From an uncultured Planctomycetota bacterium (GTDB lineage: Bacteria; Planctomycetota; Planctomycetia; Isosphaerales; Isosphaeraceae), in the NCBI GenBank assembly GCA_963823665.1, contig CAWGMQ010000003.1, positions 192,001 to 256,000 on the forward strand: a stretch of DNA of 64,000 bases, written 5' to 3'. The notes under the pieces are model-generated. The model saw only the letters and a program-made list of their open reading frames with translations, had not been told where the DNA came from and made no database searches. Shown piece by piece: positions 10,368 to 20,786 of this stretch. Both the position numbers and the translations under genes were made by a program. The first letter of the stretch is position 1; each line of letters opens with the position of its first letter.

Positions 10368-10462
10368 GAAAAGCCAGGCACACGTGACTCGGAGAGGAGC
10401 CCGAGAGGAGCCAGGCACCATTCTCCAAACTGAGTCAGGGAAAAGCCAGGCACAGGTGACTC
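10368..10462. repeat. Cluster of AGCCAGGCAC (REP-like) repeats
   Basis: GAAAAGCCAGGCACA[CG]GTGACTC twice plus GAGCCAGGCACC; the same core occurs inside family B elements. Confidence 0.7.
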
Positions 10463-10685
10463 GCACCAGTTTGCGCCCCGCGATTGCCGGTTGCCTCGCA
10501 GACGACGCCGCGCTAGAAGGGGCGGGCTTGTGCAGCACATTAGCGCCAGTATCCACAAGAACGCTGCGTCATTTACCGCGCGCAGTCACAGAATCGCCCG
10601 GCCAGCCCTCGTGCGAAATCCGTCGCAGCGCCGTAGGATGTGACGAGCAATCCTGGGCACTCCCCACCTGAATCAGGAAAGCGTC

Positions 10686-12347
10686 ATGTCACGAACCGAC
10701 CCAACCTTGATCAGTCAGATCTCCAAGAAGCACCGGGACGTTGTCCACGCGATTCTCGAGCACCAGGGCGGAAACCTCTCCAGGGACCAGTTCTACCGCC
10801 GGACCAAGAAGCAATGGAAGACAGAGCGCGGGACCCTGGATACCGCCACGGAGTATGTGGAAAGCCTGAGCCAGTTCGAGACTGTCTACGGGTGCACGCA
10901 TGAAGAAGCCGAGGCGATGGTGGTCGCTGTTATCTACAAGTCATGTCTCCTGGACCGCGGTGTCGCCCGGCGGATCATGACCGAAGACGCCAACGAATTG
11001 GAAGCTGCACTAAGCCTCAGCGCTCGCCTCGATTGGATCGACAACTGTTACCCGTCCCAACCATGGGGCGAGTCGTATCCTGACATCTGGTTCGCTCTGC
11101 GGGGGCTCGCTGCAGGCGACATCGACGTCGCCCGCGCCATCTTCCGGGCTCGGCACCACGACTCCGACCGCGGCCACAAGCCGACCGTTCTGGTTTACGA
11201 CGCCGTCGAGGCCATCGTGATCAAAGATCGACCGGCGCAGGCGCGCATTGCCCCCAGAATCGCCAGGTGCAAAATGCCGGACTGGTTCCAAGCCATCCTC
11301 GAGACACTCGAAGGCATCATCGAGGCCGACTCCTCACTCGTCGCCGCAGGGCTCGAACGGGTCCTGGCCACGTTCCAACGTCAGTCTGACGCGCTCGACT
11401 TCGAGTTGATCATCTCCCTCCACGCCCATGCGCTTGCCGAGCTAGCCTACTGGGTCTCACCGAAGCTGCTTGCGAAGTTCGATGTGGACCGGCCGCTTCC
11501 CTGGGACCGTGGCTACTACCACTGGCCCAGGCGGAAACCTCGGTCAACCGAATATCGAGACCTCTCCGCTTATTCCAAACTGTTGAACCGTTGGGTTCAT
11601 GATCTGGAAGAGCCCGATTGGTGGCATCGCGCGCTCGAATCGGCCGAGGAAAAGCAACCGGCGCCCGGTTCCGCATCGATTTCGGAGGAAGCTGGCAGCG
11701 GGGTATCCGAAGCAGTTCCCATGCCTGTGGATCGTCCCGCTGCTATTCTGATGATCCGTGCCGAAGCCCCAGCCAGAAGGAAAGAGGCCCACCACGCGCT
11801 TGAGCGTCGCGATATCGGCCGGACGGAACGGGAGACTTCGTCGGGTAGCGGCGAGGAGATGATTCCCTGGCTGAAGGACGATTTGATGTGTAGCGGCGAC
11901 ACCCGCCCCTGGCTTCTCAGTGTGCGGTTCAAACGCGAGGGCTGGATTCATTGTATCGAATCCAGGCCGGGTCTCGTCTCCGTCGAACGGCTCGCCGGCA
12001 ACGGGGAACTTCAGGTTCTCACCGCCCGCTTCGATCCCGAAGAAAACCGCACTGTTGCGCAATTCTTCAAGGGCGGAAAGATCGCGGCCGAGCTCACTCT
12101 TGCCGGGAAAGGAGACGATTCGCTCGATGTGCTCGAGTTCAAGTCATCGGTCAAGACAAAGGCGTTTCTCAAGCGCTGCCGAACGGTGCGGCAAGCCCTC
12201 GACGGTTTCTTCGCGGAGTTTGACGCCAGTCCACGCGACCTTGTCGTGATTGAAGCGAAGGGCGGTCTCAGGCTGATGGCCTCGGACGGAAAAGCCGCTC
12301 GCGCCGCCGAGCTGGACGAAGTGGCTCTCACCTACTATGAGCCCTGA
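10686..12347 (+). CDS. Hypothetical two-domain protein; N-terminal half Imm49-like immunity (tentative)
   Basis: 553-aa ORF with RBS; helical N-half ending ISLHAHALAELAY..FD....LPWD; low-complexity linker. Confidence 0.55.
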   Translation: MSRTDPTLISQISKKHRDVVHAILEHQGGNLSRDQFYRRTKKQWKTERGTLDTATEYVESLSQFETVYGCTHEEAEAMVVAVIYKSCLLDRGVARRIMTEDANELEAALSLSARLDWIDNCYPSQPWGESYPDIWFALRGLAAGDIDVARAIFRARHHDSDRGHKPTVLVYDAVEAIVIKDRPAQARIAPRIARCKMPDWFQAILETLEGIIEADSSLVAAGLERVLATFQRQSDALDFELIISLHAHALAELAYWVSPKLLAKFDVDRPLPWDRGYYHWPRRKPRSTEYRDLSAYSKLLNRWVHDLEEPDWWHRALESAEEKQPAPGSASISEEAGSGVSEAVPMPVDRPAAILMIRAEAPARRKEAHHALERRDIGRTERETSSGSGEEMIPWLKDDLMCSGDTRPWLLSVRFKREGWIHCIESRPGLVSVERLAGNGELQVLTARFDPEENRTVAQFFKGGKIAAELTLAGKGDDSLDVLEFKSSVKTKAFLKRCRTVRQALDGFFAEFDASPRDLVVIEAKGGLRLMASDGKAARAAELDEVALTYYEP

Positions 12348-12470
12348 CGGCTGCCGAGAATCCCGCCGGCGTGCACCGCTCACAGGCGATTCGGATCGTT
12401 CGTCTTGTGCTGCAACCATCAAGTACACCATCGTCAACTACCCCAACCTCCAGAACGGATACACGGGATG

Positions 12471-12609
12471 CCAGACACCCACCGTCTGCGGAACGTCGGA
12501 CCCTCGCCTTATGCGTGCTGGAAATGACCAGAGGCCGTGGTTTTGCGCCGAACGTGCGAGCCGCGAATGAATGTGTGCGGGGGACCACGACAAAAGGATG
12601 GGTGTCTGG
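12471..12609. mobile_element. Inverted-end element, family A copy 2 (intron-free)
   Basis: CCAGACACCCA...TGGGTGTCTGG; matches 2691-2829. Confidence 0.75.
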
Positions 12610-12717
12610 AATCCTTCTGGAATCCTGGAATCCCCGTCGAGGCCGGAAAACCGCAGCCCGGCCCCACGGGGCGGTACCCCCGTAGGAGCCAGGCCAGGGC
12701 CACCCGACGGCGACGAC

Positions 12718-12951
12718 TCAGAACACACGCGTACGAACGGCAGACGCCGCCAGGTCACGATTGGTTCCTCCCAGATTCTCATCCAAGCGGCAGGCGCGGC
12801 AACGGTCCGCGAGATTGGCGAGATCCAACGCCGCGCCACAACGAGAACAGCGAGGCGGCCGGCTCAGCGCCCAGATCGCCACAGCAACGATCGCCGCACT
12901 AAGGGTCGCCCCCACAAACACTCCCGCACCAAAAATGAACGCCCAATTCAC
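12718..12951 (-). CDS. Small membrane-anchored CxxC/CxxC protein
   Basis: N-terminal TM helix, then CSRC and CRAC; GTGA overlap with the upstream ORF. Confidence 0.45.
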   Translation of the reverse strand: MNWAFIFGAGVFVGATLSAAIVAVAIWALSRPPRCSRCGAALDLANLADRCRACRLDENLGGTNRDLAASAVRTRVF

Positions 12952-13043
12952 CGTTGATTCCTCCGAAACTGATCGACCGAGATGTTCACCGCCGCCAGCG
13001 CAGCGACGGCCAGCAGCGCACCCACCACGATCGCCTTACGCAT
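12948..13043 (-). CDS. 31-aa hydrophobic peptide
   Basis: MRKAIVVGALLAVAALAAVNISVDQFRRNQR; overlaps both neighbours. Confidence 0.4.
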   Translation of the reverse strand: MRKAIVVGALLAVAALAAVNISVDQFRRNQR

Positions 13044-13266
13044 CGCCCGGCCTCCCCTGGCCTCGTTCGACGGCCGGGACCTTGGCGCCCGCGTCGAGCA
13101 CTTCGGCTCTTCGCGCCGCATACGAGCGATACTCCGGGCCGTCGCACTCCGGACACGCACCGTTGCCTCGCCGCCTCATGCCGTTGCAAGAACGGCACAC
13201 CACGAGTGCCGCATCACGCCGCGATTCCCGGTGCGTGCCCAGGATCTCGCCCGCGACCACGACCAT
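13036..13266 (-). CDS. Small zinc-finger-like protein
   Basis: CRSCNG...CPECDG (DnaJ-type CxxCxG pairs). Confidence 0.45.
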   Translation of the reverse strand: MVVVAGEILGTHRESRRDAALVVCRSCNGMRRRGNGACPECDGPEYRSYAARRAEVLDAGAKVPAVERGQGRPGDA

Positions 13267-13534
13267 CTTGGTGAACGACCAGGCCCCGCCATGGGCTTAG
13301 GCACGACCAGGTCAGGGCGCGGCTCCTGGACCGTCGGCCGGCCCGGCGTAGCAGGCACACTCCGTGCGCCGCCCGCCGGTTTTGCTTTGGCCTTCTTGCC
13401 GGGCGCCGGCTTGGCCGGGACCTTGATCTCGAGGAGCCGGCGCACCGCGCTGGCCAGGGCCGAGCCTTCGAAGAGCGGCTTTTTCGAGCGCCCCAGACAA
13501 ACACCCGTTGGAGTCGGTTCTGTGGACGACAGAC

Positions 13535-13655
13535 CAGGGCGTTGTCAGGTCGATTGCGGAGCACGCAATGCAGGTGGTTGCTCATAATGGCATAACCGCA
13601 CACTTAAGCGCCGAAGAGTCCGGCGAGGGCGCGTAGCCGATCGAGAATCCAGGCC
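13535..13655 (-). pseudogene. RAYT/Y1 transposase internal fragment containing the HUH motif
   Basis: WILDRLRALAGLFGA*VCGYAIMSNHLHCVLRNRPD; internal stop codon. Confidence 0.75.
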
Positions 13656-13680
13656 GTGGGTGTCTGCCTCCACTCACCGA

Positions 13681-14201
13681 TCAACCCGGCGTGAACGTCA
13701 TCGTCGCTTGACCGGACACAAAGTACGGGAAGCTGTACGTTGGAGTCTGGGTGATCGTGACCGCGCCCGTACCACCTTTGAAAGCGGAGTCGCTGCCGAA
13801 CGCGCGAACAACCTTGTAGGTGTATGTCCCGGCGGTGTCCGACCGAAGAACGTTGAGGATCATCGTGCCGCCGCTGTTGTGCATGATGAACTGGCCGGCC
13901 GCGCGCCGAACCGAGCGCCTGGGCGCGCAAATAACGTGCCATGCAGATGAGTTGAGCCGACGCCGCTCAAGCTTCCGGATGTGGCGTAGTTCAGGAGGTA
14001 GCCGGCGAACGGGATGTGAACGTTGCTGTAAGATCCCATCATCGTCCCGCTAAACTCGGCGGCCGCCTGCACGACGAATGGGGCGGCGGTCTCGTGAGGC
14101 GCCACGTGGTGGCCAGCCAACCCGGCGGAGAGCAGAGTCTTCCCTTCGAGCGATTCCACGCGTGGGTCCAAGCGGCGAAGATTCTTGTTGTACGTCTGCA
14201 T
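13681..14201 (-). CDS. Small planctomycete extracellular protein (indel near 13900)
   Basis: RRLDPRVESLEGKTLLS leader; beta-rich body continues in a second frame. Confidence 0.65.
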
Positions 14202-14394
14202 GACATTCCACCGCATTTGGTTGAGAAGGAGCCGCCAGTATTGCCATACCTGTATACGCACGCACAGGCATCGGGATTCAGGAACTCAGAGATGGGCACA
14301 GCAAGCCCGTAGCTGAATGTACTGGCAAGAGCCGTGCCGATTACGGGGGAACGGGGAGATCGGCGGACGGAGCCGCCGCCAACGCGGGGATCCG

Positions 14395-14494
14395 GGGACT
14401 GGATCTCGGTCAGGAACTGTTCGCCCAAGCCCAACCGCTGGTTCTCGTACCAGGTATACGCTTCGTCTATGTCGTCCCGAACGTCCGCCAACAC
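14395..14494 (-). pseudogene. ParE-like toxin remnant
   Basis: DDIDEAYTWYENQRLGLGEQFL. Confidence 0.6.
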
Positions 14495-14782
14495 TCCGCG
14501 CTCCGGCCCGCCGAGCGCACGAGCTGACGAAGACCGGAGCCCGCCTCGATTCGCCGGAGTGCCCGTCGCGCGACGCTCCGTTGCAATGCGTGTCTTCTTC
14601 GTGCGACGCCAGTTATCCTGCTGAATCCTTGCCGGTGATCAACGCCGGGTTCAGACAGGCCAGCGGATCACAGGCGGTCGTCACTACCGCCACGTCGCGG
14701 GCGAGCTTGATCTCCGCCACGAACGGGCGCAGCCCGAGATACTCGCCGCAAGCTCGTCGCGATCGAGACTAGCATGACTCCG

Positions 14783-15415
14783 TCACATCCGCGCGATTGG
14801 CTCCAAGCGGCCGATGGCGATTGGGACCGAATGAAAAACGTCTCCAGGACCAAATTGAAAAGCCGTCGGGATGCCAGTCGTCTGATCGACCTGGAAATGG
14901 ATCGTGCCCTTTCCCACGCCGGTTATCTGCTTACCATCAGGCAACTGGCGGGAGTCGTCGTAATGGAGGATATCGCACGAGTCGTAGGCACGCACCGCGC
15001 TCAAACCCGCCTCAATAACCTCCGGGGCGCTCGCCACCACGAAAACGTGCGCCGTGTCACCACCGGGATCGCTCTCCGGCAGGAGCCAGGCGATGATGTC
15101 TCCCCGGCGGCTATCAGCAAGGCGCTCGGTAGAGCGCCAGCCGCCTGATCCATGCGCCGACAAAGAAGCAAAATATTCGTAATACTTGATCGCTCCGGGC
15201 ACGGGGCGGCCAGGCGACTCGGGGATCAACTCGAAATGTTCAAGAGCGATGCGCTCGAGAACGTGGCCCACGAACCCGGAACAATCGACGTCGTAAGTGC
15301 CCGTCCTGGCATCGATGTCATAGGGCGGGTGCTGATACCGGGTGTGCCTCGTGTTGTCGACAATGCGCTCCGCCTCGGCGGCGACTTGCGCGGCGTGCGA
15401 CGCTTCTTTTGACAT
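14783..15415 (-). CDS. NlpC/P60-like (papain-fold) hydrolase
   Basis: DCSGFV (catalytic Cys), GDIIAW, HVFVV (His); GAGG RBS; no signal peptide. Confidence 0.7.
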   Translation of the reverse strand: MSKEASHAAQVAAEAERIVDNTRHTRYQHPPYDIDARTGTYDVDCSGFVGHVLERIALEHFELIPESPGRPVPGAIKYYEYFASLSAHGSGGWRSTERLADSRRGDIIAWLLPESDPGGDTAHVFVVASAPEVIEAGLSAVRAYDSCDILHYDDSRQLPDGKQITGVGKGTIHFQVDQTTGIPTAFQFGPGDVFHSVPIAIGRLEPIARM

Positions 15416-15662
15416 GATGTTCCTCGCGCCGAAATCCACGAACACAACGAAGTGGTTCTCGGTGACCGAGGCCGATGGAAGTGGCCGGCTTTCTCGGCTT
15501 CCTAGATAACAGATCACTGACCGTAGAACAATCAGGCTCTACCCCTCTGAAGCGGACGAGTGGTCTGAACGAGATCAAGGCGCGGCTCGAAGGGTCGGTT
15601 AACGCGGCGGCCGGTGCGCCACGCGGATCAGCCATGGGCGCGCAGACGGCGTTGGCCCCGTC

Positions 15663-18600
15663 TCAATTGGCGTACACCAGCGCGCGCCAGGTGTTCGCGC
15701 CGACGACCCCGTCTGATGTCAGCGTCTTGCCGTCGCGATCAACGTGCGCTGCTTGAAACGCCTTCACTGCCTGGACCGTGGCGTCGTCGAAGGTTCCTGT
15801 GATGCTCGGCGATCCTGCGCCGAAGAGCAGCGTTTGCAACACGGTGACTGCTTGACTCGAGATCCCCTTCTTCAGGGACGGCCACCTGAAGACCGTTGAC
15901 CGCAGACTCATGTCCAGAATCGCTCCGCCGCTGGTGAGGATCCGCGGGTAGATGAGCTGCTCGAGGGGCAGTCCCATTTTCAGCACACGCGATGCAAAGA
16001 GAAAAAGCATCTCGTTGGCCTGGTTTCGGGGAATCAGACCTGGGTTGCCGGCTTCCTTCATGCGCGAATCCAGCGCAGCCTGGGCGAAATCTGGTGCTGC
16101 GCAGTCGCGGCGAAATTTCGGCCAGCCTGGGGCGAAGTACGGTCCCAGGGCCCAACCCATGCTGAGTAGCCCGAGCTGTGCATCGGCCGGCCAGCCGCCA
16201 AAGCTGCTAAACTCCGAGGTCCGCACCAGCACTTGTTCGAACTCATTGCGCACTGCGCTGACCAGTCTTGCAATGACGTCGTCGCTGAGCCGTAACCTGG
16301 TGATCGGTTCAAACGTCGTGTAGGATTTACCCTTGAGGTCCTGGCGCGACTGGACAGTCTGCCACTCGGCGGTGATAGTGGCCGCGTCGGCTCGGGCGTG
16401 GGTGTCCTTGTCGGTCCAGCCTAGCTGCAATGTCGGGGCCGTGAGCGGGTCGATCTTGTTGCCTATCCCGGTCGAAACATAGCCGAGGATATCGAGGTAC
16501 ATCCAGTGGACTTTGCCCTCGAACTGCGCCGAAAAGTCGAAGAAGACGTCCCGAACGCTCTGGTTCGCAGAGGAGCTCCACGCACCGGACGCCGACTGGA
16601 GACCAGATCCAGGCCCCTCGGCTTGGACGCCGGCTTCCGGAGCGTACGCGGAGCGCGGGGCCCAGGGCAATTCGGTCGCTGCCGGCCCGAATGGCGGCGA
16701 CTCGCCGGCATCTTCTGCCTCTCTTTGTTGGGCGACTTCCCGGCAGAGACGCGCGACAAGCCGTAAATAGCTGGAGATCGGCATGTCAGAGCCGTGGATC
16801 CGGATCGAGCGCCGGCCCACCTTGCCCAGCAGCGCCGCAAGCACTGCCTGCTGGAGCTCCGAAGAGGCAAGCAGCCAGTGGATTGCGACGACCGCGGGCG
16901 TGCGCCCGAAGGCCGACGTGATTTCGTCGGCGGTCAGGTTGGCATGCTCTGGCGCCATGGCAGACCTGATACCGAGGTAGGGGTCGAGCTCGGGCGATTC
17001 GGCAACCCCCGATTCCCATTCGCTGGCTTCCTGCATCGCTCGTTCCTGACTCGGCGTAGCAAACAGCGACTCGGCCGCGATGTTGGCCTCCATCGACGAG
17101 AAGGCGCCTTCCATTTCACCCTCCATCTCGCCTGCCATCTCGCCGGTCTCCCCGAGCGAGAACGGGCTCGCCGGCTGCCGGAAACCACCAGCCGTCTCGG
17201 CCAGGCTCGTTTGGGGCAGAGCTTCCCCTTGCTGGGCCGAACCAGGAACACCACACACACACGATCCCGGCTTCAATTCGCCGAAGGAAATGGAAAAGAG
17301 GTCCGATCCTCGGCGGTTGCCAACAATGCACTGCACGCCCGAGTCGTTGCAGTCGGTATCGGGGCAGTTGGTGATCACGGGCCGTGGATTGATGAAGCTG
17401 CGCCAGATCGGCGAATTGAATTCGACGTTGACCTGCCCAGGCATCCAGAAACCCTTGCCGACCTCGACGCTCCCCTCGAACACCTGCAGCCTCCTGGGGC
17501 GCGTTAGATCGAAACGTGCGGGCTTGCCCGGCGTATCACTTTCGATCGGCTGGATCGCGGTCTGTACGACCCCGGGGATCACGCTCTTGATTCGCTCCCT
17601 GAGCTGCTTCTTGAGACCCTCAGGCAGAAGGCGCAGCGGCGAAATCTTGCCGAACGCGTCGTCGATCAAATCATCGAGTTTGCGCGCGGCACCGAGATCC
17701 GCAGCGCTGTACCCGAGTAGCACAGGACGAGCGCCCGCGCATTTTGCTCTTTACGTTCACGAATCTCGAATACACCAGTCTCGTGGACAAACTCCCCGGG
17801 AAACAGCTTCAGCATCTCGCTCAACCCGCTCACCAGGCTTTCAAGCTTGGGCAAGCCCTTGAGCAACCGGTCAATTAGCTTTGAAATGCCCTTCTTCACC
17901 AAGGTCTGGAGCGGGCCCCGAAGCCGATCGGGTACGCGCGGTAATCCCTTTTTCAACAACTCGCCCAGTAACTCGGTGACGGCGGGTATCGTGTGGAAGG
18001 AGCAGCACCTGATCGTATACTTGTCCCAGCCTGGGTCCTCGGTCGGAATCGGTTGCGGCGGATTGTTGGGTGCGTGAACCTGTATCAGCACCGATCGCCA
18101 CTCATCGAGCTCGCATTGACTGCCGTTGCAAGTCGCGCGCGTGAAGCCTTCACCCGACGAATTGATCTGCACTCGGTTGAGGACGCCGGTTTGCAAGAGC
18201 GCTTGGCGCAGATTACTCGCGGCACAAATTGCCCGCTTGCAAGACAGCACGTCGTTGTACGTTTTTCCCCCGGTACGGCTGGCCGATCCTGTGATTGTGA
18301 CGGCGATGCCCTGGTCGGTTGTTGCCGCGCGATTGACGATGAACTCGCGAATCCTTGTCAGCGCTTCTTGGTGTCGCGGCTTGCGTGGTTGATACGCGTT
18401 GATATCGTAATCCGTCAGTTGGAGCGCAAAGTTCGCTCTAGGGTCGCCTTCGGTCCGTTCCCGAAAGAAACCCTCGGGCCTTCCATGCGGCCGGACCTTG
18501 GGGAACGCCGGCTCATTATCAAGGCAGTCTACCGATACTTTCGAGCAATCCAGCCCTGCTGAAACGAGGTTCTCGCCTTCGAACGCTTCTGTGGCCTCGA

Positions 18601-19012
18601 GTTCGGTTTCGGTCGAGAGCTCCTCGGGAAAGGACTTGATCGCCGAAGTGCCGCGACCGCAATCGCAAGCGCACGACTTTTCTTGATCGGCGACGCGCTC
18701 GGACTGCGCGGTTACCGAGGCACCGATCCTTGCACTGCTATCCCGAACGGTGTCGCCAAATTCGGTTTGCCAGGTGCCCGGAGGCGCCGCCTGTACGAGA
18801 CCCTCTGATTCCGAGAATGTAGTCTCCAGCGAGACTGCCGACTCGCTGGTGTCCGCGAGTTGAAATGGGCTTTCGAGCTCCCAGTATCGATCCGGCGTGG
18901 CGACTACGGCCGGTCGGACCGCCGCCGTTTCGTGAGTCGTGCGACCGCCGAGCAGAAACGGCGTGTCGCCGGACGAGCCGGAGTCGAAAGCACCGAGGTC
19001 ATTCTTTGGCAT
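15663..19012 (-). CDS. ~1115-aa multidomain protein (two ORFs joined across an indel near 17685): acidic leader, OmpA-like domain, unknown domain, second acidic region, lysozyme-like domain, PG-binding domain
   Basis: ITGSASRTG...YNDVLS.KRA...GEG...R (OmpA-like); FEG...MYLD..G..S.GIG (phage-lysozyme-like); LKKG...V..LQ..L...TGTFD..T..AVKAFQ....DGVVGANTW (PG_binding_1). Confidence 0.72.
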
Positions 19013-19141
19013 CGCGATCGCCTCAGGATAGATGCCCGATGGGTGGGAGATCCGGTCAATTGCCCTTGCTTCGCATCCGCGGCGCTCGTTCTCAAGCCAG
19101 ATTGTCGGCCGAGGGTTTGTTTGGCACGGGACCGGCTCTGG

Positions 19142-20451
19142 TTACGGGACCGGTAGTTTGGTCGGCCGTCCGTTGCCGCGTTGTGGCGTCCGTTGCGGTG
19201 CAGGAAGCGTGCGCGGCGACGTCGTCGCCCGCTGGGTTGATGCGACTGCCTGCGCCTTCAGATCGTGTCCGGTTGCGAGGTAATACTGATCAATGACTTG
19301 CTCCACGTTCCTTTCCGGCGACGTGCCGAGCTTGTACAGGAGCGCCGCACCAGACGGTGAATTGTAAAGGTTCGCTTCGATCGATTGCATCAGCACGGAC
19401 AACGGGTGAGCCAGGTCGAGCAACGGCTTGGTCCTCGAGTGCGCCCTCATGCCAACACGCTCCGCAATCTTGATCAACCGTTGCTCGGGGCTCGACGCCG
19501 TCGCCCTCAAGTCCTGAACGACTGGCGAATCGAAGGCGATGGCGAGCCACATGAAAGACATGACCGATACTGCACGGAACTCTTCGCGCGACATGTTTCC
19601 GTTCAAGCGCCGCGTCGCCATCATGTCGTAGATCCGGCGCGCCAGGGTGGCGATCGCCGCGGGGTCTGCGTCGTTGGGTCCGCTCGAGTTGTTCGCGTTG
19701 ATGATTCCGCGCCACACTTCGCGCAACATCGCCTCGAGAGTCGGGATAAAGTCGCGATTGGAGGCTGCCGGCTTTTGATAGGGATGCTTTTCGACGAGTT
19801 CCGGCGCGTGTGACAGGTCGATACCGAACATCCAGTAATAAACCGTCAACCGGTTTGCGGTCTCGTCCCTGCGCGTGCGCCCGACGTGGTCCAGACCATT
19901 GTCGGCAGCGCATCGCCGTAGATGAGACACTCGAGATTGCGCCAGAAGAGTTGGCTTGCGGGGCTTGGCGTCTCGAGCTCCTCACTAAACGTATAGGTCT
20001 CGAGGACTTTACAGAAGATGTCAAAGATTCGCGTATTCTCGACGAGATACGCCCAGATCAGGTGGTCCCAGTTGGTTGCTATGCTTGGGCGTCCGGTCAG
20101 GGGGTCTATCCCGGTGATTCCGGGCTGGCTCAGCGGTGCAGTAAGCGGGCCCGCCAACGGCGCCGGCGGGTTGATCGTCGGGTCGATCACGGACGGTGGC
20201 CCGGGGAGGGCTGGAGGCACGGGCCACTGGTAACCCGTGATAAAATGCTTGTCGTCGAGGATCTGCCTGGTGATCGGCCAGGGCCAGGGAACAAAGGGCG
20301 ACATCGGCCCGGTGTAGCGATTGCGCCAGACAGTCTCGACGATCGCCGCAATCTGTAAAGGATGGTACGTGAACAGGCTGTTGACATGTTGCTGGGCCAG
20401 AGTGCTAGCCGCGACAGATACACCGGGAGGCGTCACGAGCTGCCGGAACAT
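19142..20451 (-). CDS. ~435-aa helical hypothetical protein (indel near 19875)
   Basis: GAAAGGA RBS; WDHLIWAYLVENTRIFDIF; two ORFs joined by one frameshift. Confidence 0.72.
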
Positions 20452-20470
20452 GAATGCGATCCTTTCACGC

Positions 20471-20743
20471 TTAGAGCACTTTGCGGGGAGGTGAAAAAGA
20501 CGGGAATGGGGGCCGGCTCAAGTGACCGGCGGCGTCGAGGAAGGTCGGAAGGTGGCCGCCCAAACTTATTTCGAGCCGGATGGCCTGTGCAAGCAGATTC
20601 AGTTGGTGCGGATCGAGGCCCTGAACTGCGGCGAGCTGTGCAAGGATCTCCTGCTCTGCAGGGTCTGGCGCAGGGTTCTCGATCTCGACGATGATGTCGT
20701 CTTCCACGGGATCGCTCCGTTTCCGGCGATATTGGGCGCTCAT
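20471..20743 (-). CDS. 90-aa hypothetical protein
   Basis: AAGGAG RBS; fills the gap between co-oriented genes. Confidence 0.6.
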   Translation of the reverse strand: MSAQYRRKRSDPVEDDIIVEIENPAPDPAEQEILAQLAAVQGLDPHQLNLLAQAIRLEISLGGHLPTFLDAAGHLSRPPFPSFSPPRKVL

Positions 20744-20786
20744 TCTCGATTCTCCTTTTCCTCATGAGAGGGGTTCGTTGTCTGGG

